Below, piece by piece: positions 20,325-28,817 of a DNA stretch of 64,000 nucleotides. Under the pieces are notes generated by a model that did no database searches, had not been told where the DNA came from, and saw only the letters and a program-made list of their open reading frames with translations. Both the position numbers and the translations under genes were made by a program. Numbering within the stretch: the stretch's first letter is position 1; each line of letters opens with the position of its first letter. Source of the DNA: an uncultured Actinomycetota bacterium (GTDB lineage: Bacteria; Actinomycetota; Actinomycetes; S36-B12; GCA-2699445); NCBI GenBank assembly GCA_963706835.1, contig CAVPOB010000016.1, positions 132,093 to 196,092 of the forward strand, read 5' to 3'.

Positions 20325-22280
20325 CTAGACCAACTCCGGATCGGCCGCGATCTCCACCAGCGCAGGCCCGGGGTGTGCGATGGCTCGGCCCAGTGCGCTC
20401 GCCAGCTCCTCCCGCCGGTCGACCCGCAGCCCGAGCGCCCCGCAGGAGGTGGCGTAGGCGGCGAAGTCCGGGTTGACCAGCGATGTCTGCCAGACCTGGT
20501 ACTGCTCGGCCCGCTGTTCCTTGGAGATCTTGCCCAGCTGTTGGTTGTTGAGCACGACGTGGGTGACATCCATGCCGTACTTCACCAGCGTCGAGACCTC
20601 GGCCAGGTATTGCCCAAGGCCCCCATCGCCGCTCACCGATACGACCTTGCGGGCCCGTCGGCCGTCCGCGATGTCGTCCTGGACCGCCGCCCAGGCGCCC
20701 ATGGCCGCAGGCAGGGCGAATCCGATGGACCCCAGGTAACCGCTCATGACGATGTCCTGCTGCTCAGTCTCGACATAGCGGCCGAAGGAGTAGGTGTTGT
20801 TCCCGACATCCAGGGCCACGACGGCGTCGTGCGGGAGGGCGTCCTGCAACGCGGCGAAGATCGCCGCGGAGGCGATCCCGTTGCCGCGGTCATCCGCCGC
20901 GCGCCGCTGCTTCTCATCACGCCAGATCCGCCACCGTTCTGCGACATCGGCCCGCTGGTCCTCCCGGACGACATCGCCCGCTGAGGCCAGCAGCGCTCGA
21001 CAGGTGTGGCCGATGTCGCCCAGGACGGGAACCTCCACCGCATGGAATCGACCCAGAGTCATCGGATCGGCATCAACCTGCACCGTCGGGGTGTAGGGCG
21101 TGATCCCGGTGTGGTGGGCGAATGAGGCGCCGAGGACGACGAGCAGGTCGGCCTCGTTCATCAGCCAGGAGGCCACCGGAGTCCCGGAACGCCCGAGCAC
21201 GCCCCCCGCCAACGGGTGGTGATCGGCGATGATGCCCTTGGCGCGGAACGTCGTGATCATGGGCGCCCCGGCCGCCTCGGCGAGGGCCACCACATCTGCG
21301 ATGCCGGCGCGCGCACCGTTGCCCAGGACGAACACCGGCCGACGCGCAGCAGCGAGCGCGGCTCGCGCCCGATCCAGCGCCGCCGTCGTGGGGGGCGGAT
21401 GCTCGGGCAACCATCGACCCTCGGGAGCGGCGGGGGGCTGTTCGCTTGGCCGTACCTGCACCTCGTCGGGGAGGACGAGGTGTCCGACGCCGCGGCGGAC
21501 CAGCGCGTTCTTGCAGGCGCGAGCCATCAACTCGGCGTGATCGGACTGCGGCAGCACGGTGGCCGAGTAGGCCGCCACATCTGCGAAAGCTGCCCGCAGA
21601 TCGAGGTCCTGGAAGGCGCCCTGCCCCAGCGCCTTGCTCGGCACCTGCCCGGAGATCGCCACAACGGGTGCGCCATCACAGCGGGCGTCGTAGAGGCCGG
21701 TCATCAGGTTCGTGGAGCCGGGCCCGGCGATGGCGAAGCAGGCGGCGACACGCCCGGTCAGCTTGCCGTAGGCGGAGGCCGCGAACGATGCGGCGCCCTC
21801 GTGGCGGATGCCGACGTAGCGCAGCGCGCCGGCATCCTCGGCCCGGTGCAGCGCCTCGGCGAAGCCCAGGTTGGAATGGCCGACCATGCCGAATACATGT
21901 CGCACGCCCCAGGCGCTCATGGTGGCGACCAGCACGTCGGAGACCGTCCGCTGCACCTCGGCTCGCTGCGGCACCGCCACGTAGACGCCGTCGGCCTCGT
22001 CCTGCACGGCGTACGAATCCGGTCGGTCGGTGAACGGGGGCGGGGGCTCGCCGGTGACGGGGTCGTAGTCGTACCCGTGCCATGGGCAGCGCAGCAGCCC
22101 CTTCTCGATCGAGCCCTCGCCGAGCGGCCCGCCCTGATGGGGGCAGCGGTTGTCGAGCGCTCCGACGCGGCCCTGGTAGCGGGTCAGGCATACCGCGGTG
22201 TCGCCGGCCATGACAGTGCGGACTCTGCCCTCCGCAGGCTCGCCCGCCTCGGCAACGCGATGCCACACTTCTGCGCCCAC
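20325..22280 (-). CDS. Rieske [2Fe-2S] domain fused to a thiamine-pyrophosphate enzyme (pyruvate oxidase/acetolactate synthase-like)
   Basis: 651 aa. N-terminus has CPHQGGPLGEG ... CPWHGYDYD (Rieske CxH ... CxxH). The remainder has TPP-enzyme N, middle and C domains, including the GDGG TPP/Mg motif (VSGDGGLGQYLAEVSTLVKYGMDVTHVVLNN). Confidence 0.85.
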   Translation of the reverse strand: MGAEVWHRVAEAGEPAEGRVRTVMAGDTAVCLTRYQGRVGALDNRCPHQGGPLGEGSIEKGLLRCPWHGYDYDPVTGEPPPPFTDRPDSYAVQDEADGVYVAVPQRAEVQRTVSDVLVATMSAWGVRHVFGMVGHSNLGFAEALHRAEDAGALRYVGIRHEGAASFAASAYGKLTGRVAACFAIAGPGSTNLMTGLYDARCDGAPVVAISGQVPSKALGQGAFQDLDLRAAFADVAAYSATVLPQSDHAELMARACKNALVRRGVGHLVLPDEVQVRPSEQPPAAPEGRWLPEHPPPTTAALDRARAALAAARRPVFVLGNGARAGIADVVALAEAAGAPMITTFRAKGIIADHHPLAGGVLGRSGTPVASWLMNEADLLVVLGASFAHHTGITPYTPTVQVDADPMTLGRFHAVEVPVLGDIGHTCRALLASAGDVVREDQRADVAERWRIWRDEKQRRAADDRGNGIASAAIFAALQDALPHDAVVALDVGNNTYSFGRYVETEQQDIVMSGYLGSIGFALPAAMGAWAAVQDDIADGRRARKVVSVSGDGGLGQYLAEVSTLVKYGMDVTHVVLNNQQLGKISKEQRAEQYQVWQTSLVNPDFAAYATSCGALGLRVDRREELASALGRAIAHPGPALVEIAADPELV

Positions 22281-22335
22281 GAGGCCATGCTCTCGCAGGC
22301 GCCGACGGGTGTCATGCTGCTGTCGGAGGTGCCCG

Positions 22336-22731
22336 ATGACCGCGACCCGGTATCCGTTCCATTTCGACGCCCGCTACCGGCCGCTGCTGGCCCTGCTCGG
22401 CGTGCGGCCCTCGACCGCGTGGGTCGATGTCGATGAGGATCGCGTGCTGGCCCGTTTCGGGCACTGGCGAGTGTCGATCGGGGCGGGCAATATCGCCGAC
22501 GTCTGCCCGTCCGGTCCCTACTTGGCGGTCAAAGCGATCGGCGCCCGGCTTTCGCGTACCGACAGCGGCCTGACTTTCGGCAGCACGACTCGGGGCGGCG
22601 TCTGCCTGCTGCTGCGTGAGCCGGTGGCGGGCATCGAGCCGTTCGGCGCGGTCCGTCACCCAGGGCTGACGCTGACGGTTGCCGACCCGGAGGCCTTCGC
22701 CGCCCACGTCAGGAGGATGGCGGGCCTATGA
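22336..22731 (+). CDS. hypothetical protein
   Basis: 131-aa frame with GGAGG 5 nt upstream of ATG 22336 and GC3-rich codon usage. No recognisable motif. Confidence 0.5.
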   Translation: MTATRYPFHFDARYRPLLALLGVRPSTAWVDVDEDRVLARFGHWRVSIGAGNIADVCPSGPYLAVKAIGARLSRTDSGLTFGSTTRGGVCLLLREPVAGIEPFGAVRHPGLTLTVADPEAFAAHVRRMAGL

Positions 22732-23646
22732 CGGGACGTCCGGGGACGGTTCCGCATCGGCGTCGGCCCGTGCTGCCAGCGCCGTGATCTCCGAGACGAA
22801 CTCCGGCCAGAGCGCCCGAGGCAGGTCGTGGCCCATGCCCGAATAGCCCACGAACTTGGCGTTGCGCAGGTTCCGGGCTGCCGCGAGTCCGCCCGAGGGA
22901 GCCACCAGTGGGTCGTGCAGCCCGTGGATGACCAGCGTCGGTGCAGCGATCCGGCGCAGTCCCGATGTCCGGTTCGGCTGCGCTGCGATGGCGGCCAGTT
23001 GACGCAGGTAGCCGCCGGGGTCGTAGGCGCGATCGTAGGCGCGCCCCGCGAGATCGCTGAGGTACTCCTCATCGAAGGCGTAGCCCCGGGATCCGATAAT
23101 TCGGAACGTCTCCAGCGCATTGGCCTGGACCTCGGTGCGGTCGGCGGCCACGCGCCGTCTGGTGAGTCGTGCGAACAGCGACGGCTTGGGATAGCCGACG
23201 AGCAGCGAACCTGTGGAGGTCATCATGAGCGTGAGGCTGCGCAGCCGGTCGGGATACTGCAGCGCAACCGTCTGGGCGATGAATCCGCCCATCGATGCCC
23301 CGACCACATGGGCATCGTCCAGGCCCAGCGCGTCCATGAGGCCGATCGCGTCGGCAGCCATGTCCGCCAAGGTGTACGGCGGCTGCGCTCGCCGCAGCAC
23401 GACGTCGAGGACCGACGGCGCCTTGACCTCGCGCAGGTGCGTCGACAGTCCCACGTCGCGGTTGTCGTAGCGCACGATGAAGTAGCCGCGCTCGGCGAGG
23501 TCCCGGCACAACGGGTCCGGCCACGCGATCATCTGCGTGCCCAGCCCCATGATCAGCAAGATCGGCGGGTCCTCGGGGTTGCCGAAGGTCTCGTAGGCGA
23601 CCTCGATGCCGTTGGCCTGCACCGTGCGTACGTTCATGGGCGACAC
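22726..23646 (-). CDS. alpha/beta fold hydrolase
   Basis: 306 aa. PPILLIMGLG, the nucleophile elbow VVGASMGG and a C-terminal GMGHDLP His motif. Confidence 0.85.
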   Translation of the reverse strand: MSPMNVRTVQANGIEVAYETFGNPEDPPILLIMGLGTQMIAWPDPLCRDLAERGYFIVRYDNRDVGLSTHLREVKAPSVLDVVLRRAQPPYTLADMAADAIGLMDALGLDDAHVVGASMGGFIAQTVALQYPDRLRSLTLMMTSTGSLLVGYPKPSLFARLTRRRVAADRTEVQANALETFRIIGSRGYAFDEEYLSDLAGRAYDRAYDPGGYLRQLAAIAAQPNRTSGLRRIAAPTLVIHGLHDPLVAPSGGLAAARNLRNAKFVGYSGMGHDLPRALWPEFVSEITALAARADADAEPSPDVPS

Positions 23647-23661
23647 GGTAACGCGCCGCCC

Positions 23662-24390
23662 TCACTCCTGGTGCGACCCGCTGGCAGGAGCGCGTGTTCG
23701 CCGGGAGATCCAGTCCCTGCCCAACGGATCCCAGAGGACCAGCGCGCAGGCCAGCACGACTGCCGAACCGAAGGCCCAGCCGCCGATGACGTCGGTCGGC
23801 CAGTGCGCGCCGACGATGATGCGCGTCAGCCCGAGTAGTGGCCCGAAGGCGATGAGGGTCCAGCCCAGGATGACCATCCAGCGCCGGTTGTTGGCCTGTC
23901 CGATGCGCAGGACGATCAGGCCGGTGGCCAGGTACAGGTAGATCCCGACCATGGTGTGCCCGGACGGGAAGGAGTCGGTGAGGACCTCTTCGTACCGCTG
24001 CGCGCCGGGAGGGCGCTGGCGGGCGACGAGTTCCTTGAAGGCGAGGCCGATCAGACCGCCGAGGAAGGCGGAGGCGAGCAGGAATGCGCCGGCCGCCCAG
24101 CGTCGCCGTGCCAAGAGGAACAGTGCGAAGAGTCCGGCGATGAAGGACGACCAGATGACCCCGGTCTTGTTCGCGATCTCATGCGTGAGGGTGACCGGCC
24201 ACTCCAGCGGATCGGCCCAGTCACGGGTGAAGGAGACGATCGCCTCGTCGAAACCGGACAGAAGCTGCGACTGCGTCGCCATGACGGCCGTGAGGCCGGC
24301 GGCCACGGTGATCGCTACGGCGAGGCCGATCAGTGCCACCCGGTGTCCGCGGGTGCTGTCGGGCGAGCGCCCAGCCCGGGTTGGCGACAT
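23662..24390 (-). CDS. PAP2-family phosphatase (membrane)
   Basis: KELVARQRPP ... SFPSGHTM ... RIIVGAHWPTDV are the three PAP2 acid-phosphatase motifs. Start ATG 24390 inside the long ORF 23662-25068. Confidence 0.85.
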   Translation of the reverse strand: MSPTRAGRSPDSTRGHRVALIGLAVAITVAAGLTAVMATQSQLLSGFDEAIVSFTRDWADPLEWPVTLTHEIANKTGVIWSSFIAGLFALFLLARRRWAAGAFLLASAFLGGLIGLAFKELVARQRPPGAQRYEEVLTDSFPSGHTMVGIYLYLATGLIVLRIGQANNRRWMVILGWTLIAFGPLLGLTRIIVGAHWPTDVIGGWAFGSAVVLACALVLWDPLGRDWISRRTRAPASGSHQE

Positions 24391-24452
24391 GAGCCGACGG
24401 TAGCGACCAGGACCGCACCTGTCGCGCGCGGACGGCCGAGACGCGGCCCAGG

Positions 24453-25439
24453 CTAGTCCCGGTCGCGGCGGTCGTCCCGGTCGCGATCGTCGTCCCGGTC
24501 GCGGCGATCGTCCCCGGCGTCCCGGTCGCGATCGTCGTCCCGGTCGCGGCGGTCGTCCCGGTCGTCCCGGTCCTCCCGGCCCCGATCCTGTCCGCGGGTC
24601 GCGGCAGTGATGCGTTCGACCGCCCGTTGGACGGTAGTGGCGTGCTGCTGCGGCTTCTGCATCTGCGTCCGCGGCGGTTCCGGCTGCTGAACCGGCCGAA
24701 CCACGGGTGCCGTTGCGGGTGCCGCTGGCGCCGGCCGCACAGGTGCTGGCGGTGCCGGAGGCCTGGCAACTGCAGGTGCCGCAGGTGCGGCGGGTGGTGC
24801 GACGGGCGCGGGTGGTGCAACGGGTGCGGGTGGCGGTACGGCGCTGTCGGTCTGCGGGGGAGTGGGGGACGGTGCTGCCGGGGCGAGGGGCACTGAGGGG
24901 GGAGTTACCGGTGCATCCGCGGCGGGACCTGGCGTTGCGGGGGATGTCGGTGCCGGGCGACTGTCGCGTGCCGGGCGGCTGTCGCTGACCGGGCGGCGGG
25001 TCGCGGCCGACGGCGAGGAGGGGGTATCGACGAGCGCCGCCGAGCGTGTGGTCAGCGACCCCGGCCAACGCTGGGCCGGACCAAGGCGCAGCGCTGCCGA
25101 GGCAGTGGCCGACGGCGAGCCCTTTTCGGCCGTCGCTGTTACTGCGATCAGTGGTCGGGGGACTCGAGCAGGCTCGAGGGTAGCCGCTGCGCCTGATGTG
25201 GCAGCGACCGCCGTCCCGCGGTCCACGGCCAACGGTGTGGGCACCGTTGCGCGCGGAGGGGCGACCGCAGTTGCGGCAGCGGCGGTGCCGAACAAGAGGA
25301 GTGCCGCGGCACCGATGCGCACTGCCGGGCTGTGCAGCGCCCCTGACCGCGTCGGGATGGAGTCATGCGGGACGACCTTGTCCACGAGTTGCCAGTCCTC
25401 GATGTCGCCGCCTGTCTGGTCCGGCTCCTGGCCCGCCAT
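24453..25439 (-). CDS. membrane-anchored Pro/Ala-rich protein with C-terminal Arg/Asp (RD) repeat tail
   Basis: ATG 25439 with GAGGGGG upstream. One TM span (VRIGAAALLLFGTAAAATAVA), a long P/A-rich region and a terminal RGREDRDDRDDRRDRDDDRDRDAGDDRRDRDDDRDRDDRRDRD. Lies immediately downstream of the anti-sigma gene. Confidence 0.55.
   Translation of the reverse strand: MAGQEPDQTGGDIEDWQLVDKVVPHDSIPTRSGALHSPAVRIGAAALLLFGTAAAATAVAPPRATVPTPLAVDRGTAVAATSGAAATLEPARVPRPLIAVTATAEKGSPSATASAALRLGPAQRWPGSLTTRSAALVDTPSSPSAATRRPVSDSRPARDSRPAPTSPATPGPAADAPVTPPSVPLAPAAPSPTPPQTDSAVPPPAPVAPPAPVAPPAAPAAPAVARPPAPPAPVRPAPAAPATAPVVRPVQQPEPPRTQMQKPQQHATTVQRAVERITAATRGQDRGREDRDDRDDRRDRDDDRDRDAGDDRRDRDDDRDRDDRRDRD
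24456..24578. repeat. 18-nt (hexapeptide) tandem repeat encoding the RD tail
   Basis: About 6 tandem units of GTCCCGGTCGCGNNNGTC, plus shorter GTCCCGGTC units. Confidence 0.8.
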
Positions 25440-25514
25440 GTTTGCCCCCTCGCGCCCGAAATGCACCATTTGGCTGCCATGTGATGCTACATCGGGTGCG
25501 GAGGGCCGCCGATC

Positions 25515-26285
25515 TTAGGCCTGGATGGTCCCGCGGAGCAGGCTCTGCTTGGAGTGCGTGGGATCGCCGTCCAGGGACTCCACCGAGACATCGACAATCG
25601 TGAACTCGGTCAGATCGGTTCCCGCAGGTATCGCGAAACGGCCCTGCGATCCGGCGGTCAGGGCGCCCAGCGAGAGCATCCCGGACAGGTCGGACCTGAT
25701 CAGCCAGACTTCGTAGTAGCCATCGACATCAGGCAGGCCGCGGGCATCGACCTCGGCGTAGTCCTGCCCGTCGCTGTCCACAATCCGCGTCGTTCCGGTG
25801 GCGTTGGCAGGAGTCAGGAGTGATCCGCCGGCATCGATGGGCACGGCGGTGAGCTCGGACTGCGCGATCACCGTTCCCGCGGGCTCGCTGGTCAGTGCGG
25901 TGGCCCCGAGCGCGCCCAGAGCGACGCCGACCACGGAGGCCGCGGCGGCGAACCGGGTCGTGCGCCTGCGGTTCGCCTGACGCTGCTGGCGGCGCTCTGC
26001 CAGGGCGATGACGCCGGCCCGCTCAGCCTGATCATCAGCGTCGGGGACGAAAGGGCGCAGATCGGAGGCGAGCCCGAGTTCACTGGAGACCGCTGCCCAC
26101 ACTGCTGCCGGGGGTTCCTGCGGAGCGTCGGCTGGCTCCACGCGCCGACCGGTCGTCACCACGGCTCGGTTCTGGTCGAGCTCAGACTGGCACCTGGCGC
26201 ATACCCCGAGGTGGCGCCGCTCATCGTCGTCCAGTGGGTCGCCGAGGGCGACCAGCGCAAGGGTCTCTGCGTCACAGTGCAGCAT
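25515..26285 (-). CDS. anti-sigma factor (zf-HC2 N-terminus, RskA-like C-terminal domain)
   Basis: N-terminal H..C..C motif (RRHLGVCARCQSEL), a central TM span (FAAAASVVGVALGALGATAL) and an extracytoplasmic RskA-like domain (YEVWLI ... L...G). Overlaps the sigma gene stop. Confidence 0.8.
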   Translation of the reverse strand: MLHCDAETLALVALGDPLDDDERRHLGVCARCQSELDQNRAVVTTGRRVEPADAPQEPPAAVWAAVSSELGLASDLRPFVPDADDQAERAGVIALAERRQQRQANRRRTTRFAAAASVVGVALGALGATALTSEPAGTVIAQSELTAVPIDAGGSLLTPANATGTTRIVDSDGQDYAEVDARGLPDVDGYYEVWLIRSDLSGMLSLGALTAGSQGRFAIPAGTDLTEFTIVDVSVESLDGDPTHSKQSLLRGTIQA

Positions 26286-26871
26286 GATCCACCTCCAATC
26301 GATGACGAAGTTTGTTGAGGGACCGCCTGATGTGGCTCTTGACCGTGCCCAGCGGCACGCCCGTCAAACTGGCGATCTGGTTGTGGGTGAGGTCCTGGTA
26401 GAACGCCAGTTCCATGATCCGGCGCTGGGGCTGGCCAAGGTTGGCGATCTCGTCTGCGATGAGGACGCGGTCGGTCACCGCATCTACCGGCGAGTCCACC
26501 GGGTTGGTCTCGGCGTACTGCGTGGCCTGGTCGAGGATTCGCCGTTGGCGAGCGTTGGACGCGTGCAAGTCGGCGATGCGCCGCCTCGTGATGGCGATCA
26601 ACCAGCCGGAGAGGCTGCCCTGATCCGGCCGGTAGGTGTGCCGTGATCGCCACGCCGACACGAAGACGGCCTGGGTGATGTCATCGGCTGCATCGTCGTC
26701 ACCGCCGAGGGATCGCAGCGCGATGGTGCGCACCAGCCGGGCCCAGCGTCCGTACGCCTCGGCCAGAGCGGTCTCGTCGCCGTCGGAGAAGCGCTGTTGG
26801 AGTTCCTCGATCGCAGGGTCGACGCTGGTCGACTCATCAATGTCTACGGCTGCGCGTTGCCGAGGAGCCAC
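26272..26871 (-). CDS. ECF (sigma-70 group 4) RNA polymerase sigma factor, SigK-like
   Basis: Region 2 (DITQAVFVSAWRSRHTY) and region 4 HTH (RRIMELAFYQDLTHNQIASLTGVPLGTVKSHIRRSLNKLR). GTG 26871 chosen inside the long ORF 26272-27381. Confidence 0.85.
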   Translation of the reverse strand: MAPRQRAAVDIDESTSVDPAIEELQQRFSDGDETALAEAYGRWARLVRTIALRSLGGDDDAADDITQAVFVSAWRSRHTYRPDQGSLSGWLIAITRRRIADLHASNARQRRILDQATQYAETNPVDSPVDAVTDRVLIADEIANLGQPQRRIMELAFYQDLTHNQIASLTGVPLGTVKSHIRRSLNKLRHRLEVDHAAL

Positions 26872-27029
26872 GTGCCCCCCTTCCCAGGTCTCGCCCACTG
26901 TCCAGCGTGCAGAGGGTACCGCGGCCATGCCACTTGGGGGTGCCCCCCGCAGGTGAATGGCCCTCGTCGCAACTGTGCTCACACCCGGTATTCGCGCCGA
27001 AGGCTGGTCTTGGATGCATGTGGTCGGCG

Positions 27030-27788
27030 CTACTCCCAGCGGAAGGTGCGGGAGGCGATTGTCCCGCCGATCGCTGCCCACGCGCTCAGGACCACGAAGG
27101 ACTCGGCAGGCACCGATCCGTCGATGAGCACCAGGCGCAGGCCTTCGCCGAGAGCGCCGGAGGGGAGCAGGGCCGCTACCGCAGCGACCGGGTCGGGCAG
27201 CACGGACAGTGGGATGACCACACCGCCACCGAGGAGGAGGAGCAGGTAGATCCCGTTGGCGGCGGCCAGGGTCGCCTCGGCGCGCAGGACGCCAGCCAGG
27301 GCGACCCCTAGTGTGGCGAAGGCGACACAGCCCAGGACTGCCAGGGCCAGGGCCAGCGGCACTGAGCCCGCGGGTTGCCACCCGAGGGCGAAGGCCAGCG
27401 GAAGCAGCACCAGCAGTTGTACTGCGACCATCGCGAACACCGCGAGCACGCGTGACCAGACCAGGCCGGAGCGCATCAGCGGAGTCGCGCCGAGGAACTT
27501 CAGCACGCCGGACCTGCGGTCGAAACCGGTGGCGATCGCCAGCGAGGTGAAGGCGGTCGACATGATCGCCAGGGCGAGGATGCCGGGAACCACCACGTCG
27601 ATGCGAGCGGCGGTCGTGTCGCCCACCGAGACCAGTGATGTCCGCCCCAGCCCGATCAGCAGGACCACCGGGATCAGGATCGTCAGCAGCAGCTGTTCGC
27701 CGTTGCGCAGCAGCAGCCGCAGGTCGAACAGCGCCTGACGTGCCACCACGGCGGCACGGGAGGGCGCGGGCGGGGCTGCCAGGCTCAT
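27030..27788 (-). CDS. ABC-2 type transporter permease
   Basis: About 250 aa with six hydrophobic spans. Start MSLAAPP (ATG 27788) overlaps the ATPase stop in an ATGA-type junction. Confidence 0.8.
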   Translation of the reverse strand: MSLAAPPAPSRAAVVARQALFDLRLLLRNGEQLLLTILIPVVLLIGLGRTSLVSVGDTTAARIDVVVPGILALAIMSTAFTSLAIATGFDRRSGVLKFLGATPLMRSGLVWSRVLAVFAMVAVQLLVLLPLAFALGWQPAGSVPLALALAVLGCVAFATLGVALAGVLRAEATLAAANGIYLLLLLGGGVVIPLSVLPDPVAAVAALLPSGALGEGLRLVLIDGSVPAESFVVLSAWAAIGGTIASRTFRWE

Positions 27789-28702
27789 GCTGCTCCCTCG
27801 GTGAGTGAGAGGAACACGTCCTCCAGGGATCGCCGCTCGATACTGATCGCGTGCTGGGGAATGTCCCGGTCGGCGCACCAGGCGCTCACCGCGGCCAGGA
27901 CGGTCGGCGAGACCGGGGCGCGGATGGCGTACCTGCCGGGCTGCAGTTCCTCGACGGTGGAGCCGGCCGGCAGCGCCGTGGCGAGATCATCGGTGTCCAC
28001 CCGCACGCCGGGGGCGAGGATGACCTGATCGGAATGCTCGGCGGCGGTGAGTTCGGCTGGACTGCCCTCACCGACGACGCGACCACGGTGCACGATCACG
28101 ATGCGGTCGGCGAGGCGCTCCGCCTCGTCCATCAGGTGGGTGCTCAGCACGACGGCCGCGCCGCGATCGCGCTCCTCGACAACCAGCTCCCACACGGCTC
28201 GGCGGGCGTGCGGGTCCAGGCCGGCGGTGGGCTCGTCCAGGAACAGCAGGTCTGGTCGGCCGACAAGTGCGCAGGCGAGTTTCACGCGCTGCTGCTCGCC
28301 CCCCGACAGGCGTCGATAGGGGGTGCGTGCCACACGCGCCAGTGACAGCCGCTCGAGCAGCTCCGACGGATCCCGCGGGTCGGCGTAGAAGGATGCGACG
28401 TGCCGGATCGTCTCGGCCGGCCGCGCCATCGACCACACCCCGCCGGACTGCAGCATGATGCCCACCCGTGCCCGCTGCCTGGAGGTGAAGCGCGAAGGAT
28501 CCCGACCGAAGACCCGCACACGCCCCGAATCAGGGGAGCGGAATCCCTCGCAGATCTCCAACGACGTCGTCTTGCCGGCGCCGTTCGGGCCCAGCACCGC
28601 CGTGATCCGGGCGGCCGGGATGCACAGTGAGACGTCGTCCACCGCAACGATGTCGCCGTAGCGCTTGCCGATGGACTCGGCGACCACGACGCATTCGCTC
28701 AT
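27785..28702 (-). CDS. ABC transporter ATP-binding protein (DrrA-like)
   Basis: Walker A GPNGAGKTT, signature LSGGEQQRV and Walker B LLFLDEPTAGLD. Confidence 0.9.
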   Translation of the reverse strand: MSECVVVAESIGKRYGDIVAVDDVSLCIPAARITAVLGPNGAGKTTSLEICEGFRSPDSGRVRVFGRDPSRFTSRQRARVGIMLQSGGVWSMARPAETIRHVASFYADPRDPSELLERLSLARVARTPYRRLSGGEQQRVKLACALVGRPDLLFLDEPTAGLDPHARRAVWELVVEERDRGAAVVLSTHLMDEAERLADRIVIVHRGRVVGEGSPAELTAAEHSDQVILAPGVRVDTDDLATALPAGSTVEELQPGRYAIRAPVSPTVLAAVSAWCADRDIPQHAISIERRSLEDVFLSLTEGAA

Positions 28703-28817
28703 GCGTCAATGCTAGGTCTTCCCAAGACGGGTCTTGTGGGCCGCTGGGTCGCGGCACAAGTCGCGGCACAATAGGAATGGTGTGCATGGTCGAAGTGCAC
28801 GGTAGCGGGGGTTATGC

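Noticed and set aside
28703-28817. A riboswitch (for example the ydaO/c-di-AMP type) upstream of the putative cell-wall peptidase gene.
   Set aside because: The region is only ~115 bp and is shared with a divergent promoter. I could not recognise the conserved riboswitch cores by eye. Not supportable without a covariance-model search.
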